Positions 9,824-20,531 of a stretch of DNA of 64,000 nucleotides are shown here, in pieces; the first letter of the stretch is position 1, and every line of letters begins with the position of its first letter. Below the pieces are notes generated by a model, which was given only the letters and a program-made list of their open reading frames with translations, had not been told where the DNA came from and did not search any database. Source of the DNA: Ilumatobacter sp. (GTDB lineage: Bacteria > Actinomycetota > Acidimicrobiia > Acidimicrobiales > Ilumatobacteraceae); contig DATKCX010000306.1 in assembly GCA_035512975.1 (NCBI GenBank), positions 11,372 through 75,371 on the forward strand, written 5' to 3'. A program made the translations under genes and the position numbers.

Positions 9824-10792
9824 CTATGCGGTGACGTCGTGGGCGGTGTCGTGGGTGGTGGCGTGCTTGTTCTTGGTGAACTGATGCATCACGGCTACCA
9901 CGATCGCTCCGACGATGATGCCGATCACTGCCGAGACGAACGTGTTGAAGACCCATGCCAGCGCGCCGCCGATGCCGCCGACCGACTCGCGGATGTCTTC
10001 TTCGAGATGGTGGACCTCGTCGTACGGGGCGTGCCAACCGAGTTCGTCGGCACCGACCAACAAGATGTGGCCACCCACCCACAACATCGCTGCGGTGCCG
10101 ATGGTGGACAGGCCGGCAAGGAGCTTGGGCATCCCGTGTACGAGCGCAGTACCGATCTTCTGAGATCGACTCGAGTCGCTCTCAGCCAGTCGGAGGCCGA
10201 AGTCGTCCATCTTGACGATGAGGGCAACGACGCCGTACACGATCAACGTGATGAGCAGGGCGACGATCACCAGGATCGCGGCCTTGGCGGCGAGACCTTC
10301 ATCGATGACTTCTTTCAGCGAGATCACCATGATCTCCGCAGACAAGATGAAGTCGGTGCGGATCGCACCGCTGACCATTGCCTCTTCGTGTTCTGGCCCC
10401 ACGGCCGCGGCAGGGAGTTCCTTCGCATGTTCGTGGTGGCTGAACTTCTCGTAGATCTTCTCTGCGCCCTCGAAGCACAAGTAGGTACCGCCGACCATCA
10501 GGATCACTTCGACCAACTTCGGCGATATCTCGCTCAGCAGCAGGGCGGCCGGAAGAATGAACAACAGCTTGTTGCGCAGCGAACCCTTGGCGATGCGCAT
10601 GATCATCGGGAGTTCCCGATCGGCGGTGAAGCCGTGGACGTAGCTGGGGGTCACCGCGGTGTCGTCCACCACGACACCAGCGGCTTTGGCGCTCGCCTTC
10701 CCGGCGGCGGCTCCGACGTCGTCGATGGAAGCTGCTGCCAACTTGGCGAGTGCGGCGATGTCGTCGAGCAGTCCGACAAGCCCCGCGCTCAT
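9824..10792 (-). CDS. DUF808 (YedI-like) inner membrane protein
   Basis: Characteristic LLDDIAALAKLAAASIDDV..KAAGVVVDDTAVTP, RTDFILSAEIM and GTAAMLWVGGHI. Confidence 0.88.
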   Translation of the reverse strand: MSAGLVGLLDDIAALAKLAAASIDDVGAAAGKASAKAAGVVVDDTAVTPSYVHGFTADRELPMIMRIAKGSLRNKLLFILPAALLLSEISPKLVEVILMVGGTYLCFEGAEKIYEKFSHHEHAKELPAAAVGPEHEEAMVSGAIRTDFILSAEIMVISLKEVIDEGLAAKAAILVIVALLITLIVYGVVALIVKMDDFGLRLAESDSSRSQKIGTALVHGMPKLLAGLSTIGTAAMLWVGGHILLVGADELGWHAPYDEVHHLEEDIRESVGGIGGALAWVFNTFVSAVIGIIVGAIVVAVMHQFTKNKHATTHDTAHDVTA

Positions 10793-11028
10793 CGTTCCAT
10801 CTCCGGAACTGACGTGGCTACCCGAGTTCGCATCAGCGAGAGGCTAACGATTCGCGACCGATGTCTGATCACGCAATCGTTTGCATCGAGGCAGGTATCG
10901 CGAGTACCACCGGTCGGGCGAACGTTTTTCATCGGATCAGGCGTGACGCCGTATGCTGTGATTTCCCTCGGGCCAATGTCGTCCCGAACTCCACAAGCCA
11001 AACCCCGACTTTCGTGGAAGTGATCGTG

Positions 11029-14000
11029 ATGACGCCTTCTCAGACTTCAGTGCCTCAGCTGCATGCCCCCGTGGCCACAGGGTTGTACGACCCTCGATTC
11101 GAACACGATGCATGCGGCGTGGCGTTCGTCGCCCACATGAAGGGTATTCGCTCCCACGAGCTCGTGCAGACCGGCCTGATGGCACTCACGAACCTCGAGC
11201 ACCGTGGTGCCACGGGTGCGGAACCTGATACCGGCGATGGTGCGGGCATCTTGCTGCAGATTCCTGACCGACTGCTCCGAGACGCGGTGAACTTCGAATT
11301 GCCTGCTGAGGGTGCGTACGCGGCTGGTATCGCATTCCTACCTCTTGGCGACCATCTCGCGTCGAAAGTGCGTTTGCGCATCGAGGCGATCATGGCGGAG
11401 GAGGGCCTCACGGTGCTGGGGTGGCGTGACGTGCCGGTGAACCCCGATTGTCTGGGCAAGACGGCGCGGGCGACGATGCCCAGATTCCAGCAGGTCTTCG
11501 TGTCGTCACCGGGCGGTGAAACCGGGGTTGACCTCGACCGCCGAACGTACGTCGCCCGCAAGCGGATCGAGCACGAGCACGCCGTTGGTGACACCGAGAT
11601 GTACTTCGCGTCGCTGTCGGCACGAACCATCGTCTACAAGGGGATGCTCACCACGCCTCAGTTGGGCGAGTTCTTCGCCGACCTCACCGACCCACGCATC
11701 GAGAGTGCGTTGCTGCTGGTGCACTCGCGCTTCTCCACCAACACGTTCCCGTCGTGGCCGCTCGCGCACCCATACCGCTACGTGGCGCACAACGGTGAGA
11801 TCAACACGGTGCAGGGCAACCAGAACTGGATGCAGGCCCGCGAGGCCATGGCTGCCAGCCCGCTCCTTGGCGATCTCGAACCGGCGTTCCCGATCTGCAC
11901 GCCTGGTGCTTCCGATACTGCCCGCTTCGACGAAGCGTTGGAGTTGCTGCACCTCGGCGGACGTCCGTTGCATCACGCGGTGCTGATGATGATCCCCGAG
12001 GCATGGGAGAACAATGACGAGATGGATGCCGACCGGCGCGCGTTCTACCGGTTCCACTCCAGCCTGATGGAACCGTGGGACGGCCCGGCCAGCGTCACGT
12101 TCACCGACGGAACGGTGATCGGTGCGGTGCTCGACCGGAATGGTTTGCGCCCCAGCCGTTACTGGGTCACCGACGACGACCTGGTGGTCATGGCGTCGGA
12201 GGTCGGCGTGATCGAGATGCTGCCGTCGAAGGTCGTCAGCAAGGGTCGCTTGCAGCCAGGCCGCATGTTCCTCATCGACACCCGAGAGGGTCGCATCATC
12301 GACGACGAGGAGATCAAGAAGCAACTGGCGTCGGAACATCCCTACGCCGAATGGGTTGCCGACGGCATTGTCGAACTCGACGATCTGCCGGCCCGCGAGC
12401 ATGTCGTGTTCAGCCACGACAGCGTGCTGCGTCGCCAGCAGATGTTCGGCTACACCCACGAAGAGTTGAAGATCATCATCGCTCCGATGGCGCGCGACGC
12501 GGCCGAACCGCTCGGCTCCATGGGAACCGACACGCCACTTGCGGTGCTGTCGTCTCGCCCGCGTTTGCTGTTCGACTACTTCGCGCAGCTGTTCGCGCAG
12601 GTGACGAACCCGCCGCTCGACGCGATCCGTGAAGAGGTGGTCACCTCGGTCGCGTCCACCATCGGCCCTGAAGCGAACCTGCTGCAACCCGGCCCGGAAA
12701 GCTGCCGACAGCTGGCGTTGCCATTCCCGATTCTCGACAACGACGAGCTGGCTCGAATCATTCACGCCAACGACGACGGAAAGTTCCCCGGCTTCGCGTC
12801 GCACGTGGTGAAGGGGCTGTTCCGTGTGGCAGGCGGAGGAGCTGCGCTCGGCACTGCGCTCGACCGAATTTTCGACGAGGTGTCTGGGGCGATCGATCGC
12901 GGTGCGCGCGTGATCGTGCTGAGCGATCGCAACGCCGACTCGGTCGACGCGCCGATTCCATCGCTGCTGCTCACCTCGGCCGTGCACCACCATCTCGTGC
13001 GCACCAAGCAACGCACCAAGGTGGGCCTGGTCGTGGAATGCGGTGATGCGCGCGAAGTGCACCACATGGCGCTGCTCATCGGGTACGGCGCGGGGGCGAT
13101 CAACCCGTACCTGGCGTTCGAATCGATCGAAGATCTCATCGCCGAAGGCATGCATGGCTTGGCGGGTATGGACCCGCAGAAAGCGATCAAGAACTACATC
13201 AAGGCATCCGGCAAGGGCGTGCTGAAAGTGATGTCGAAGATGGGCGTGTCGACCGTTGCGTCATACACCGGTGCCCAGATCTTCGAAGCGGTTGGTCTCG
13301 GCCCCGAACTCGTCGACAAGTACTTCACCGGCACGGTGAGCCGCATCGGAGGGATCGGTCTCGACGTGGTGGCCAAAGCGATCGCCATGCGCCATTCGGT
13401 TGCCAACCCGAAACGGCCCGAAGAACGTGCCCACCGCAAGCTTGAACTCGGCGGCGAGTACCAGTGGCGTCGAGAGGGCGAGCACCATCTGTTCAACCCG
13501 GAGACGGTGTTCAAGTTGCAGCACGCCACGCGAGCGAAGCGGTACGACATCTTCAAGCAGTACACCGCGCTGGTGAACGACCAGTCGACCCAACTCGCCA
13601 CCTTGCGTGGGTTGTTCAAGTTTGCCGACGCCGACACGTCGGGTCGTCAGTCGATCTCGATCGACGACGTGGAGTCGGTCCCCGACATCGTGAAGCGGTT
13701 CTCCACGGGTGCCATGTCGTATGGGTCGATCTCGGCCGAGGCACACGAGACGCTTGCCATCGCGATGAACTCGATCGGTGCCAAGTCGAACACCGGCGAA
13801 GGAGGCGAAGACGCCGAACGGCTTTACGACCCCGAACGCCGCTCGTCGATCAAGCAGGTGGCATCTGGTCGTTTCGGCGTCACCGCTGAATACCTCACGA
13901 ACGCCGACGACATCCAGATCAAGATGGCGCAGGGAGCGAAGCCCGGCGAGGGCGGTCAGCTGCCCGGCCACAAGGTGTATCCATGGATCGCGAAGACGCG

Positions 14001-15612
14001 CCACTCCACGCCTGGCGTTGGCCTCATCAGCCCCCCGCCGCACCACGACATCTATTCGATCGAAGACCTCAAGCAGCTCATTCATGACTTGAAGAACGCC
14101 AACCCAGTGGCCCGGGTACACGTGAAACTCGTCGCCGAGATGGGTGTGGGCACCGTGGCAGCGGGCGTCGCCAAGGCGAAAGCTGACGTGGTGTTGATCT
14201 CAGGTCACGACGGCGGCACCGGTGCCTCGCCGCTCACCTCGTTGAAGCACGCGGGCGGCCCGTGGGAGCTCGGCCTCGCTGAGACACAGCAGACGCTGAT
14301 CCTCAACGGCCTCCGCGACCGCATCGTGGTGCAGGCCGACGGTCAGCTGAAGACCGGCCGAGACGTGGTGGTGGCGGCGCTGCTGGGTGCCGAAGAGTTT
14401 GGTTTCGCCACCGCTCCACTCGTGGTGTCGGGTTGCGTGATGATGCGTGTCTGCCACCTCGATACCTGCCCCGTGGGCGTCGCCACGCAGAACCCCGAAC
14501 TGCGCACGCGGTTCAGTGGCAAGCCCGAGTTCGTGGTGAACTTCTTCGAGTACATCGCCGAAGAGGTTCGCGAAATCATGGCCCAGTTGGGTTTCCGCAC
14601 CGTCGAGGAGATGGTCGGCCAGGTTCGTTCGCTCGACGTTCAACCGGCTGTCGACCATTGGAAAGCGAGCGGGCTCGACATCAGCCCGATCCTCAAGGTG
14701 GTCGAGAACCCCTACCAACAGACGTTCTTCTGCTCCAGCAGTCAGGACCATGGGCTCGACGAGGCGCTCGATCAGGAACTCATCGCTGCCGCTCGCGATG
14801 CCATCGCCGAAGCGATTCCGGTACAGATCAATGTGCCCATTCGAAACGTCCACCGAACCGTTGGCACGCTGCTCGGCCACGAGATCACCAAGGTGTGGAA
14901 GGGCGACGGTCTGCCAGACGGCACGATCGACATCACATTCACCGGCTCGGCCGGACAGAGCTTCGGTGCATTCGTACCGCCGGGTGTCACCATGACACTC
15001 ATCGGAGACGCCAACGACTACGTGGGCAAGGGCTTGTCCGGCGGGCGCATCGTCGTGCGCCCCTCAGACGACGCGACCTTCGTTGCCCAAGATCAGGTGA
15101 TCGCCGGCAACGTCATCGGCTACGGAGCCACCGGCGGCGAGATCTTCTTGCGCGGTGTCGTTGGCGAGCGGTTCTGCGTTCGCAACTCCGGAGCGACAGC
15201 GGTGGTAGAGGGTGTGGGCGACCATGCGTGCGAGTACATGACCGGCGGCCGCGTCGTGGTGCTCGGCGACACGGGTCGTAACTTCGGTGCCGGAATGTCG
15301 GGCGGCATCGCGTATGTGTACGACCGCGACGGCAGCTTTGATCGCCGGGTGAACGTGGGGATGGTGCAGGTGGAGACGCTCGACGACGACGATCGCACGT
15401 TCCTGCGCGACACCGTCGAGGCGCACCTCGAACGAACCGGGTCGGCGGTCGCGTCGCGCATGTTGGCATCGTGGTCGGTGGAGGTCAGCCGGTTCCGCAA
15501 GGTCATGCCCACCGACTACAAGCGGGTCCTCACCGTTATTGCCGATTCGCAAGCAGCCGGCTTGAACGAAGAGCAAACCGTTGAAAAGATCATGGAGGCC
15601 GCCCGTGTCTGA
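11029..15612 (+). CDS. gltB: Glutamate synthase large subunit
   Basis: [12 protein letters not shown] (catalytic Cys), [36 protein letters not shown] and [15 protein letters not shown]. Start refined to ATG 11029. Confidence 0.97.
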   Translation: MTPSQTSVPQLHAPVATGLYDPRFEHDACGVAFVAHMKGIRSHELVQTGLMALTNLEHRGATGAEPDTGDGAGILLQIPDRLLRDAVNFELPAEGAYAAGIAFLPLGDHLASKVRLRIEAIMAEEGLTVLGWRDVPVNPDCLGKTARATMPRFQQVFVSSPGGETGVDLDRRTYVARKRIEHEHAVGDTEMYFASLSARTIVYKGMLTTPQLGEFFADLTDPRIESALLLVHSRFSTNTFPSWPLAHPYRYVAHNGEINTVQGNQNWMQAREAMAASPLLGDLEPAFPICTPGASDTARFDEALELLHLGGRPLHHAVLMMIPEAWENNDEMDADRRAFYRFHSSLMEPWDGPASVTFTDGTVIGAVLDRNGLRPSRYWVTDDDLVVMASEVGVIEMLPSKVVSKGRLQPGRMFLIDTREGRIIDDEEIKKQLASEHPYAEWVADGIVELDDLPAREHVVFSHDSVLRRQQMFGYTHEELKIIIAPMARDAAEPLGSMGTDTPLAVLSSRPRLLFDYFAQLFAQVTNPPLDAIREEVVTSVASTIGPEANLLQPGPESCRQLALPFPILDNDELARIIHANDDGKFPGFASHVVKGLFRVAGGGAALGTALDRIFDEVSGAIDRGARVIVLSDRNADSVDAPIPSLLLTSAVHHHLVRTKQRTKVGLVVECGDAREVHHMALLIGYGAGAINPYLAFESIEDLIAEGMHGLAGMDPQKAIKNYIKASGKGVLKVMSKMGVSTVASYTGAQIFEAVGLGPELVDKYFTGTVSRIGGIGLDVVAKAIAMRHSVANPKRPEERAHRKLELGGEYQWRREGEHHLFNPETVFKLQHATRAKRYDIFKQYTALVNDQSTQLATLRGLFKFADADTSGRQSISIDDVESVPDIVKRFSTGAMSYGSISAEAHETLAIAMNSIGAKSNTGEGGEDAERLYDPERRSSIKQVASGRFGVTAEYLTNADDIQIKMAQGAKPGEGGQLPGHKVYPWIAKTRHSTPGVGLISPPPHHDIYSIEDLKQLIHDLKNANPVARVHVKLVAEMGVGTVAAGVAKAKADVVLISGHDGGTGASPLTSLKHAGGPWELGLAETQQTLILNGLRDRIVVQADGQLKTGRDVVVAALLGAEEFGFATAPLVVSGCVMMRVCHLDTCPVGVATQNPELRTRFSGKPEFVVNFFEYIAEEVREIMAQLGFRTVEEMVGQVRSLDVQPAVDHWKASGLDISPILKVVENPYQQTFFCSSSQDHGLDEALDQELIAAARDAIAEAIPVQINVPIRNVHRTVGTLLGHEITKVWKGDGLPDGTIDITFTGSAGQSFGAFVPPGVTMTLIGDANDYVGKGLSGGRIVVRPSDDATFVAQDQVIAGNVIGYGATGGEIFLRGVVGERFCVRNSGATAVVEGVGDHACEYMTGGRVVVLGDTGRNFGAGMSGGIAYVYDRDGSFDRRVNVGMVQVETLDDDDRTFLRDTVEAHLERTGSAVASRMLASWSVEVSRFRKVMPTDYKRVLTVIADSQAAGLNEEQTVEKIMEAARV

Positions 15613-15639
15613 AGGGATAGTGCCAGGCACTATCCCTTC
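15611..15639. repeat. Perfect 14-bp inverted repeat with GTGCC-A-GGCAC centre (gltB-gltD spacer)
   Basis: GAAGGGATAGTGCC-A-GGCACTATCCCTTC; a second degenerate copy GAAGGGATAG-CA-CTATCTCTTC lies at 15665-15686. Confidence 0.9.
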
Positions 15640-15698
15640 GCGCGGTACGGCGATACAACGAGTTGAAGGGATAGCACTATCTCTTCGGGAGGGCACTG

Positions 15699-17150
15699 AT
15701 GGGTGAGACGACTGGGTTTCTGAAGTGGGATCGTGAACTTCCGCAGTACCGGCCCGTGCCGGTTCGGCTGCGCGACTGGAACGAGGTCTACGAACCGTTC
15801 GCAGAGGACAAACTGCAAACGCAGGCCGGCCGCTGCATGGATTGCGGCATTCCGTTCTGCAACAACGGTTGCCCGTTGGGCAACTTGATTCCCGACTGGA
15901 ACGACATGGTGTACCGGTCGCATTGGGAGCAGGCAATCGACCGTCTGCACGCCACCAACAACTTCCCGGAGTTCACCGGCAGATTGTGCCCGGCTCCGTG
16001 TGAGTCCGCCTGCGTGCTCGGCATCAATCAGCCGCCTGTCGCGATCAAGCAGGTGGAGGTGGAGATCATCGACAAGGCCTTCGCTGAAGGCTGGGTCATC
16101 CCGCACGTGCCGTCGGTGATGACCGGCAAACGGGTGGCGGTCATCGGGTCCGGGCCCGCCGGCCTGGCAGCTGCTCAGCAGCTCACTCGCGCGGGCCATG
16201 ACGTCGTGGTGTTGGAGCGCGCTGACCGCATTGGCGGCCTGTTGCGGTACGGCATCCCTGAGTTCAAGATGGAAAAGCGCCACATCGACCGTCGGCTGGA
16301 ACAGATGTCGGCGGAGGGCACCGAGTTCCGCACCAACGCGGTGGTGGGGGAGAACGTCGACATCACCGTGCTCCAAGCGTCGTACGACGCGCTCGTGCTC
16401 GCCTGTGGTGCCACTCAGTGGCGCGACCTGCCGGTTCCCGGTCGCGAGCTTGCGAACATCCATCAGGCGATGGAGTATCTGCCGCTTGCGAATCGGGTGC
16501 AGATGGGCGACATGGAGTCGTCACCCATCGACGTGCACGGCAAGCACGTCGTCATCATCGGCGGCGGCGACACCGGTGCCGACTGTCTGGGCACCGCTCA
16601 CCGTCAGGGTGCCGCGACTGTCACGCAGCTCGAGATCATGCCGCGACCTCCCGAGGAACGTGCCGTCACCAATCCGTGGCCGCAGTTCGCATTCACCTAC
16701 AAGGTCACCTCAGCCCACGCCGAAGGTGGCGAGCGGGTGTACTCGGTCAACACCGAGCGCTTCGTCGACGACGGCAATGGCAACGTGCGGGCGTTGGTGC
16801 TCCATGAGGTGGAGATGATCGATGGCAAGTTCGAGAAGGTCGAAGGTAGCGACCGCGAGATCCCCGCCGACTACGTATTCCTCGCAATGGGCTTCACGGG
16901 CCCCGAGAAGGGCTCGTGGCTGGACACTTTGGGCGTCGAGTTCGACGCGCGGGGCAACCTGGCTCGTGACAACAACTACGCGTCGAACGTTCCCGGTGTG
17001 TTCGTCGCAGGAGACATGGGTCGCGGTCAGAGCTTGATCGTGTGGGCCATCGCAGAAGGCCGATCAGCGGCGGCCGGTGTCGATCGGTACCTCATGGGCG
17101 AAACGAAACTCCCCGAGCCGATCCCGCCGACCGCGCGTCCGTTGATGTGA
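15699..17150 (+). CDS. gltD: Glutamate synthase small subunit
   Basis: RCMDCGIPFC..GCPLGN, TGRLCPAPCESAC, GSGPAG and GGGDTGADC motifs. Confidence 0.97.
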   Translation: MGETTGFLKWDRELPQYRPVPVRLRDWNEVYEPFAEDKLQTQAGRCMDCGIPFCNNGCPLGNLIPDWNDMVYRSHWEQAIDRLHATNNFPEFTGRLCPAPCESACVLGINQPPVAIKQVEVEIIDKAFAEGWVIPHVPSVMTGKRVAVIGSGPAGLAAAQQLTRAGHDVVVLERADRIGGLLRYGIPEFKMEKRHIDRRLEQMSAEGTEFRTNAVVGENVDITVLQASYDALVLACGATQWRDLPVPGRELANIHQAMEYLPLANRVQMGDMESSPIDVHGKHVVIIGGGDTGADCLGTAHRQGAATVTQLEIMPRPPEERAVTNPWPQFAFTYKVTSAHAEGGERVYSVNTERFVDDGNGNVRALVLHEVEMIDGKFEKVEGSDREIPADYVFLAMGFTGPEKGSWLDTLGVEFDARGNLARDNNYASNVPGVFVAGDMGRGQSLIVWAIAEGRSAAAGVDRYLMGETKLPEPIPPTARPLM

Positions 17151-17186
17151 CCAGTGTCCGGCCCAGTGTCCGGCCCAGTGTCCGGG
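17151..17186. repeat. 12-bp tandem repeat x3 (CCAGTGTCCGGC) directly after the gltD stop
   Basis: Units at 17151, 17163 and 17175. Confidence 0.95.
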
Positions 17187-17233
17187 CGCGGTGGTGCCAC
17201 CATCTTCCTGGCTCTTGGCTCTACGCTGGCCGC

Positions 17234-17887
17234 ATGAATCGGTCTGCGCGTTCCGCCTTCGCACTGGTGCTCGGTGTCGTCCCGTTCCTGGTTCTCGCTG
17301 GCTGCGGCACCGCCGAGGAGGGCACTGCCAACGCGGCGCTGACCCCGATCCAGAACACCAGTTACGTCACGATCGAGCCAGCAACCACCACGAGCACGTT
17401 GCCAGCATCCGCCACCACGCAACCTGGTGCGGGCTCGATCTCGGCCGACCAGCAGTCGTACACGGTGGTGGCAGGCGACACGATGTACGGCATCGCCTCG
17501 AAGCACGGCATCACGCTCGACCAGCTGGTCGAGTACAACCAGATCACGGTCGAGCCGTCACAGTTCCTGATCATTCCCGGCGTCACGGTGCTCGCTATCC
17601 CGCCGGGCTCCAAGGTACCCGGCACCGAGATCGCCGCCAGCACCGACCCCGCAGTCGATCCGGCCACACTGGAAGGCAGCGTCGATCCGGCCACCGCGAC
17701 CACGCTCGGCGTCGGTTGCACCTACGTCATCGTCGCCGGTGACAACCCCAGCAAGGTCTCTTCGAAGTTCGGCATCAACATCGACGCGTTGCAGGGCGCG
17801 AACGCTGACTCGAATGTGGTACAGACCTTCATCGTCGGTGAGACGCTGAAGATTCCCGCCGGTGCCGACTGCTCGGCTGCCGGGTAA
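17234..17887 (+). CDS. LysM-domain lipoprotein (two LysM modules)
   Basis: Lipobox VLAGC; YTVVAGDTMYGIASKHG and YVIVAGDNPSKVSSKFG; TACGCT 6 nt before ATG 17234. Confidence 0.85.
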   Translation: MNRSARSAFALVLGVVPFLVLAGCGTAEEGTANAALTPIQNTSYVTIEPATTTSTLPASATTQPGAGSISADQQSYTVVAGDTMYGIASKHGITLDQLVEYNQITVEPSQFLIIPGVTVLAIPPGSKVPGTEIAASTDPAVDPATLEGSVDPATATTLGVGCTYVIVAGDNPSKVSSKFGINIDALQGANADSNVVQTFIVGETLKIPAGADCSAAG

Positions 17888-17890
17888 GAA

Positions 17891-18889
17891 CTAGTTCCCG
17901 AGGTCCGGCCAGCGGCGTTGCTGTCGACGGCGCAAGCCGGCAGCGCCGAGTTTGCGGTGCTCGCCGAGCTCCCATTGCCTGCGCCATCCGTTGTACTCGG
18001 GGCCAGTCAATGCAGGGTTTGCGCCCCTGGCGGCCCGCTGCGTGGCAGTCCAATAATCGGTGAGGGCTTCATCGCCCAGTCGGGTGACGGCCGCTTCGAT
18101 CCGGGCATTGAATCGACGTGTGTTCTCTCCCTCCTCGGCCATGAGCGGTGCGCCGAAGACGACGTTGGTGCGGCCTGGCTTTGGGCGTTTCATGCCCTTG
18201 CCGAAAATGGCACCGGTGCCGTCGATGAACACGGGGATGACCGCCGCGCCGGTGCGAGCGGACAGGTACGCCGCACCACCTTTGAACTCTTGCCCCCAGC
18301 CATCGGGTGAGCGACCCCCCTCTGGGTAGATCAACAGGCTGTGCCCGTCGGCGAGCAGGTCACGGAACATGTCGGACGACTTCCGCCCGGTGATCTCACG
18401 GTCGATCGGAATGGCGTTCAGCGCCAGCGCCGACATGGCCGCCTTCCACCGCTGATCGAAGAAGTAGTCGGCCGCGGCTGCAACGACGAGGTCATGGCGC
18501 CAACAGGCCGGGATCGCTCGAATCATCAACCCGGTGTCGACATGGCTGTGGTGATTCGGTGCGAAGATCACCGCCGGAGGCGTGTCGAGGCGGGTGAGGT
18601 GGTCGAGGCGATCGAGCCCGGCGACGTCGGGGTTGGCAATGCCACGCACCATGGCCCTGAGTGGGCCCTCGGTGATGGCGATGCGGGCAGCCCTGGCCAG
18701 CGGTTGGCGCGCCCAGGCAGTGTCGTAGTTGGCCCCGAGCATCGACACTTCCGTGGGAACGCTGACGCCTTTGGGCACCGTGGGTGAGCGATACGGAAAG
18801 CCGTAGTTCCGGAGTGGTTTGGCGATGGCGCGCACCGCAGACTCAGCCTTCCCCGCAGCTCGACTGCCAGCCCGCAGATACCGGTTCAT
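17891..18889 (-). CDS. Lysophospholipid/glycerolipid acyltransferase
   Basis: IFAPNHHSHVD (HX4D), AAAADYFF and IYPEGGRS; start refined to ATG 18889. Confidence 0.88.
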   Translation of the reverse strand: MNRYLRAGSRAAGKAESAVRAIAKPLRNYGFPYRSPTVPKGVSVPTEVSMLGANYDTAWARQPLARAARIAITEGPLRAMVRGIANPDVAGLDRLDHLTRLDTPPAVIFAPNHHSHVDTGLMIRAIPACWRHDLVVAAAADYFFDQRWKAAMSALALNAIPIDREITGRKSSDMFRDLLADGHSLLIYPEGGRSPDGWGQEFKGGAAYLSARTGAAVIPVFIDGTGAIFGKGMKRPKPGRTNVVFGAPLMAEEGENTRRFNARIEAAVTRLGDEALTDYWTATQRAARGANPALTGPEYNGWRRQWELGEHRKLGAAGLRRRQQRRWPDLGN

Positions 18890-18907
18890 CGCCCCACCCC
18901 GCACTGA

Positions 18908-18934
18908 CACGCCTGGTGCCTGGCACCAGGCGTG
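18908..18934. repeat. Perfect 13-bp inverted repeat with GTGCC-T-GGCAC centre
   Basis: CACGCCTGGTGCC-T-GGCACCAGGCGTG in the spacer between the LarA-like and acyltransferase genes. Confidence 0.9.
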
Positions 18935-18941
18935 ATCGCGG

Positions 18942-20531
18942 TCATTCGACGTCGGCGACCAGGACGCCGGGGACGTGGAGGTGGGTGATGCTCGGGGAGC
19001 GGCCGACAACATCGGACGCGATCTCGAACGCGTCGTCCATCGTGGAAGCAGGCGTGAAACCCAAACGACGCACGGTGGGTGGGTCGCCGCCGACGATGAT
19101 GACCTTGCCGGCGTGCTGTTGCCCGTGAGCGCCCCAGTACCACGCGTAGAAGGGGTGCACACCGTGGTAGGCGTTGCCGGTGCGGTACAGATGGCGGTAC
19201 CACTCGTCCTCCGCGTACTTCTTCTCCCACTTCTGGCTCATCACCGCAGGGTCGGTGGTGTCGGCCAACACTTCGTCGTAGAAGTCGATGTAGCTCGGAT
19301 GGTGAACCGGGTTGAACTCTTTGTAGGTGGGGTGGGTCATGATCACGACGCCTCCCTCCTTCACGAGCGGTTTGCCGCGGTACATGTTGAACAGGTAGCC
19401 GAGCCCCATGCACATCACGAGGATCGGGTTCATCACGCCCTCGGGGTTGTACGGGCAGATGAACGGAATGCCCATGGTGAGGATGTCGGTCTGGCCGGCG
19501 ACGGGCACGAGGTGCTGTTTGTACACGTGCTCGAGGGTGATCTCGTGTACCGAGGGCGTGAACCCGGCCTGCACGCTGGTGACTTCGTACGGCGATTCGA
19601 TCGAGTGGAAGATCTTGCGCTTGGCGCTGTTCGGCAGCCGGTTGAGCGACTTCGTCGTCGCCAAGTACGTCGCTCGGTCGCGTGCGTTCCATTCCCACTC
19701 GCGCTTGGCCAGGAAGCCGAACGACGACGGAAACGCCTGCGTGTTGATGGTCGTCTCGACTTGGAAGATCTTCGGGCCGTGGTCGCGCAGCACCTTGCCC
19801 ATGCGCCAGATCGACTTGTGCAACGCCGAGTGATCACGGTCGCCCATGAGGCTTCGCGTGTTCTGCAGGGACTCAGGGTTGTGGTGATGGCTGAGGCAGC
19901 GGTAGCTCGCGAGCCCAGTGGTGATCGATTTCCAGCCGCCGTCCATCGCCACCTGATTGAGGTTGGCGTAGACGATGAGATCGCTGTCGGCAGCGCGCTT
20001 GTTGATCTCGAGGATCTCACCGTGGTCGGTGGTGCCGATGACGGCGAGGTTGTCGGGGTCTTCGGCGTCGTGCTGATAGAGCAGCCCGCGCGGATGGAAC
20101 GCGTCAAAAATTCGGTCGCCCAGCACGTGACGCAACTCGTAGTCGTGCATGCGTCGATGCAGCCCGAGCGCGGCGATGATGTGGATGTCGTCCACTCCCG
20201 CTGCGGCAGCGAGGTCGAGCACCGCTTCGATGATTCGCTGCCGGTTGTCGGGTCGGCGCATCTTGGGCAGCGACAAGCTCGCATCGTCGAACACGATGGT
20301 GAGCTTCATGTTCGGCACGAGGAGCGCCGGCAACGGCTCCATGTCGTGGGGGTTGAGGAGTGCGTTGCGAATCGCCCCATCGACGTCGGGGATACCCGGC
20401 AACGGTTCTGGCGGGTAGATCACCCGGCTGCGGTCGGCTGGCAGCTTCTCGAGACTGAAACCCTCACCACGCCAGAAGAGAATCGGCGGGGTGGAACGGT
20501 CGACGTCGAGGACAAATCCAGGGCGAGGCAT
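18942..20531 (-). CDS. Lactate racemase (LarA/DUF2088) domain protein, divergent
   Basis: LarA-like blocks IVFDD, ALGLHRRM, QHDAED, INKRAADSDLIV, DGGWKS and GGVVIMTHP recognised by eye. Confidence 0.75.
   Translation of the reverse strand: MPRPGFVLDVDRSTPPILFWRGEGFSLEKLPADRSRVIYPPEPLPGIPDVDGAIRNALLNPHDMEPLPALLVPNMKLTIVFDDASLSLPKMRRPDNRQRIIEAVLDLAAAAGVDDIHIIAALGLHRRMHDYELRHVLGDRIFDAFHPRGLLYQHDAEDPDNLAVIGTTDHGEILEINKRAADSDLIVYANLNQVAMDGGWKSITTGLASYRCLSHHHNPESLQNTRSLMGDRDHSALHKSIWRMGKVLRDHGPKIFQVETTINTQAFPSSFGFLAKREWEWNARDRATYLATTKSLNRLPNSAKRKIFHSIESPYEVTSVQAGFTPSVHEITLEHVYKQHLVPVAGQTDILTMGIPFICPYNPEGVMNPILVMCMGLGYLFNMYRGKPLVKEGGVVIMTHPTYKEFNPVHHPSYIDFYDEVLADTTDPAVMSQKWEKKYAEDEWYRHLYRTGNAYHGVHPFYAWYWGAHGQQHAGKVIIVGGDPPTVRRLGFTPASTMDDAFEIASDVVGRSPSITHLHVPGVLVADVE

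Noticed and set aside
10846-10881. AACGATT..AATCGTT inverted repeat upstream of gltB as a nitrogen-regulator site
   Set aside because: It does not match a GlnR-type box I can recognise, and a 7-bp arm with a 22-bp gap is weak evidence.
18942-20531. Calling the gene larA (lactate racemase)
   Set aside because: Key substrate-binding motifs are altered, no cofactor genes are adjacent, and the context is lipid metabolism.
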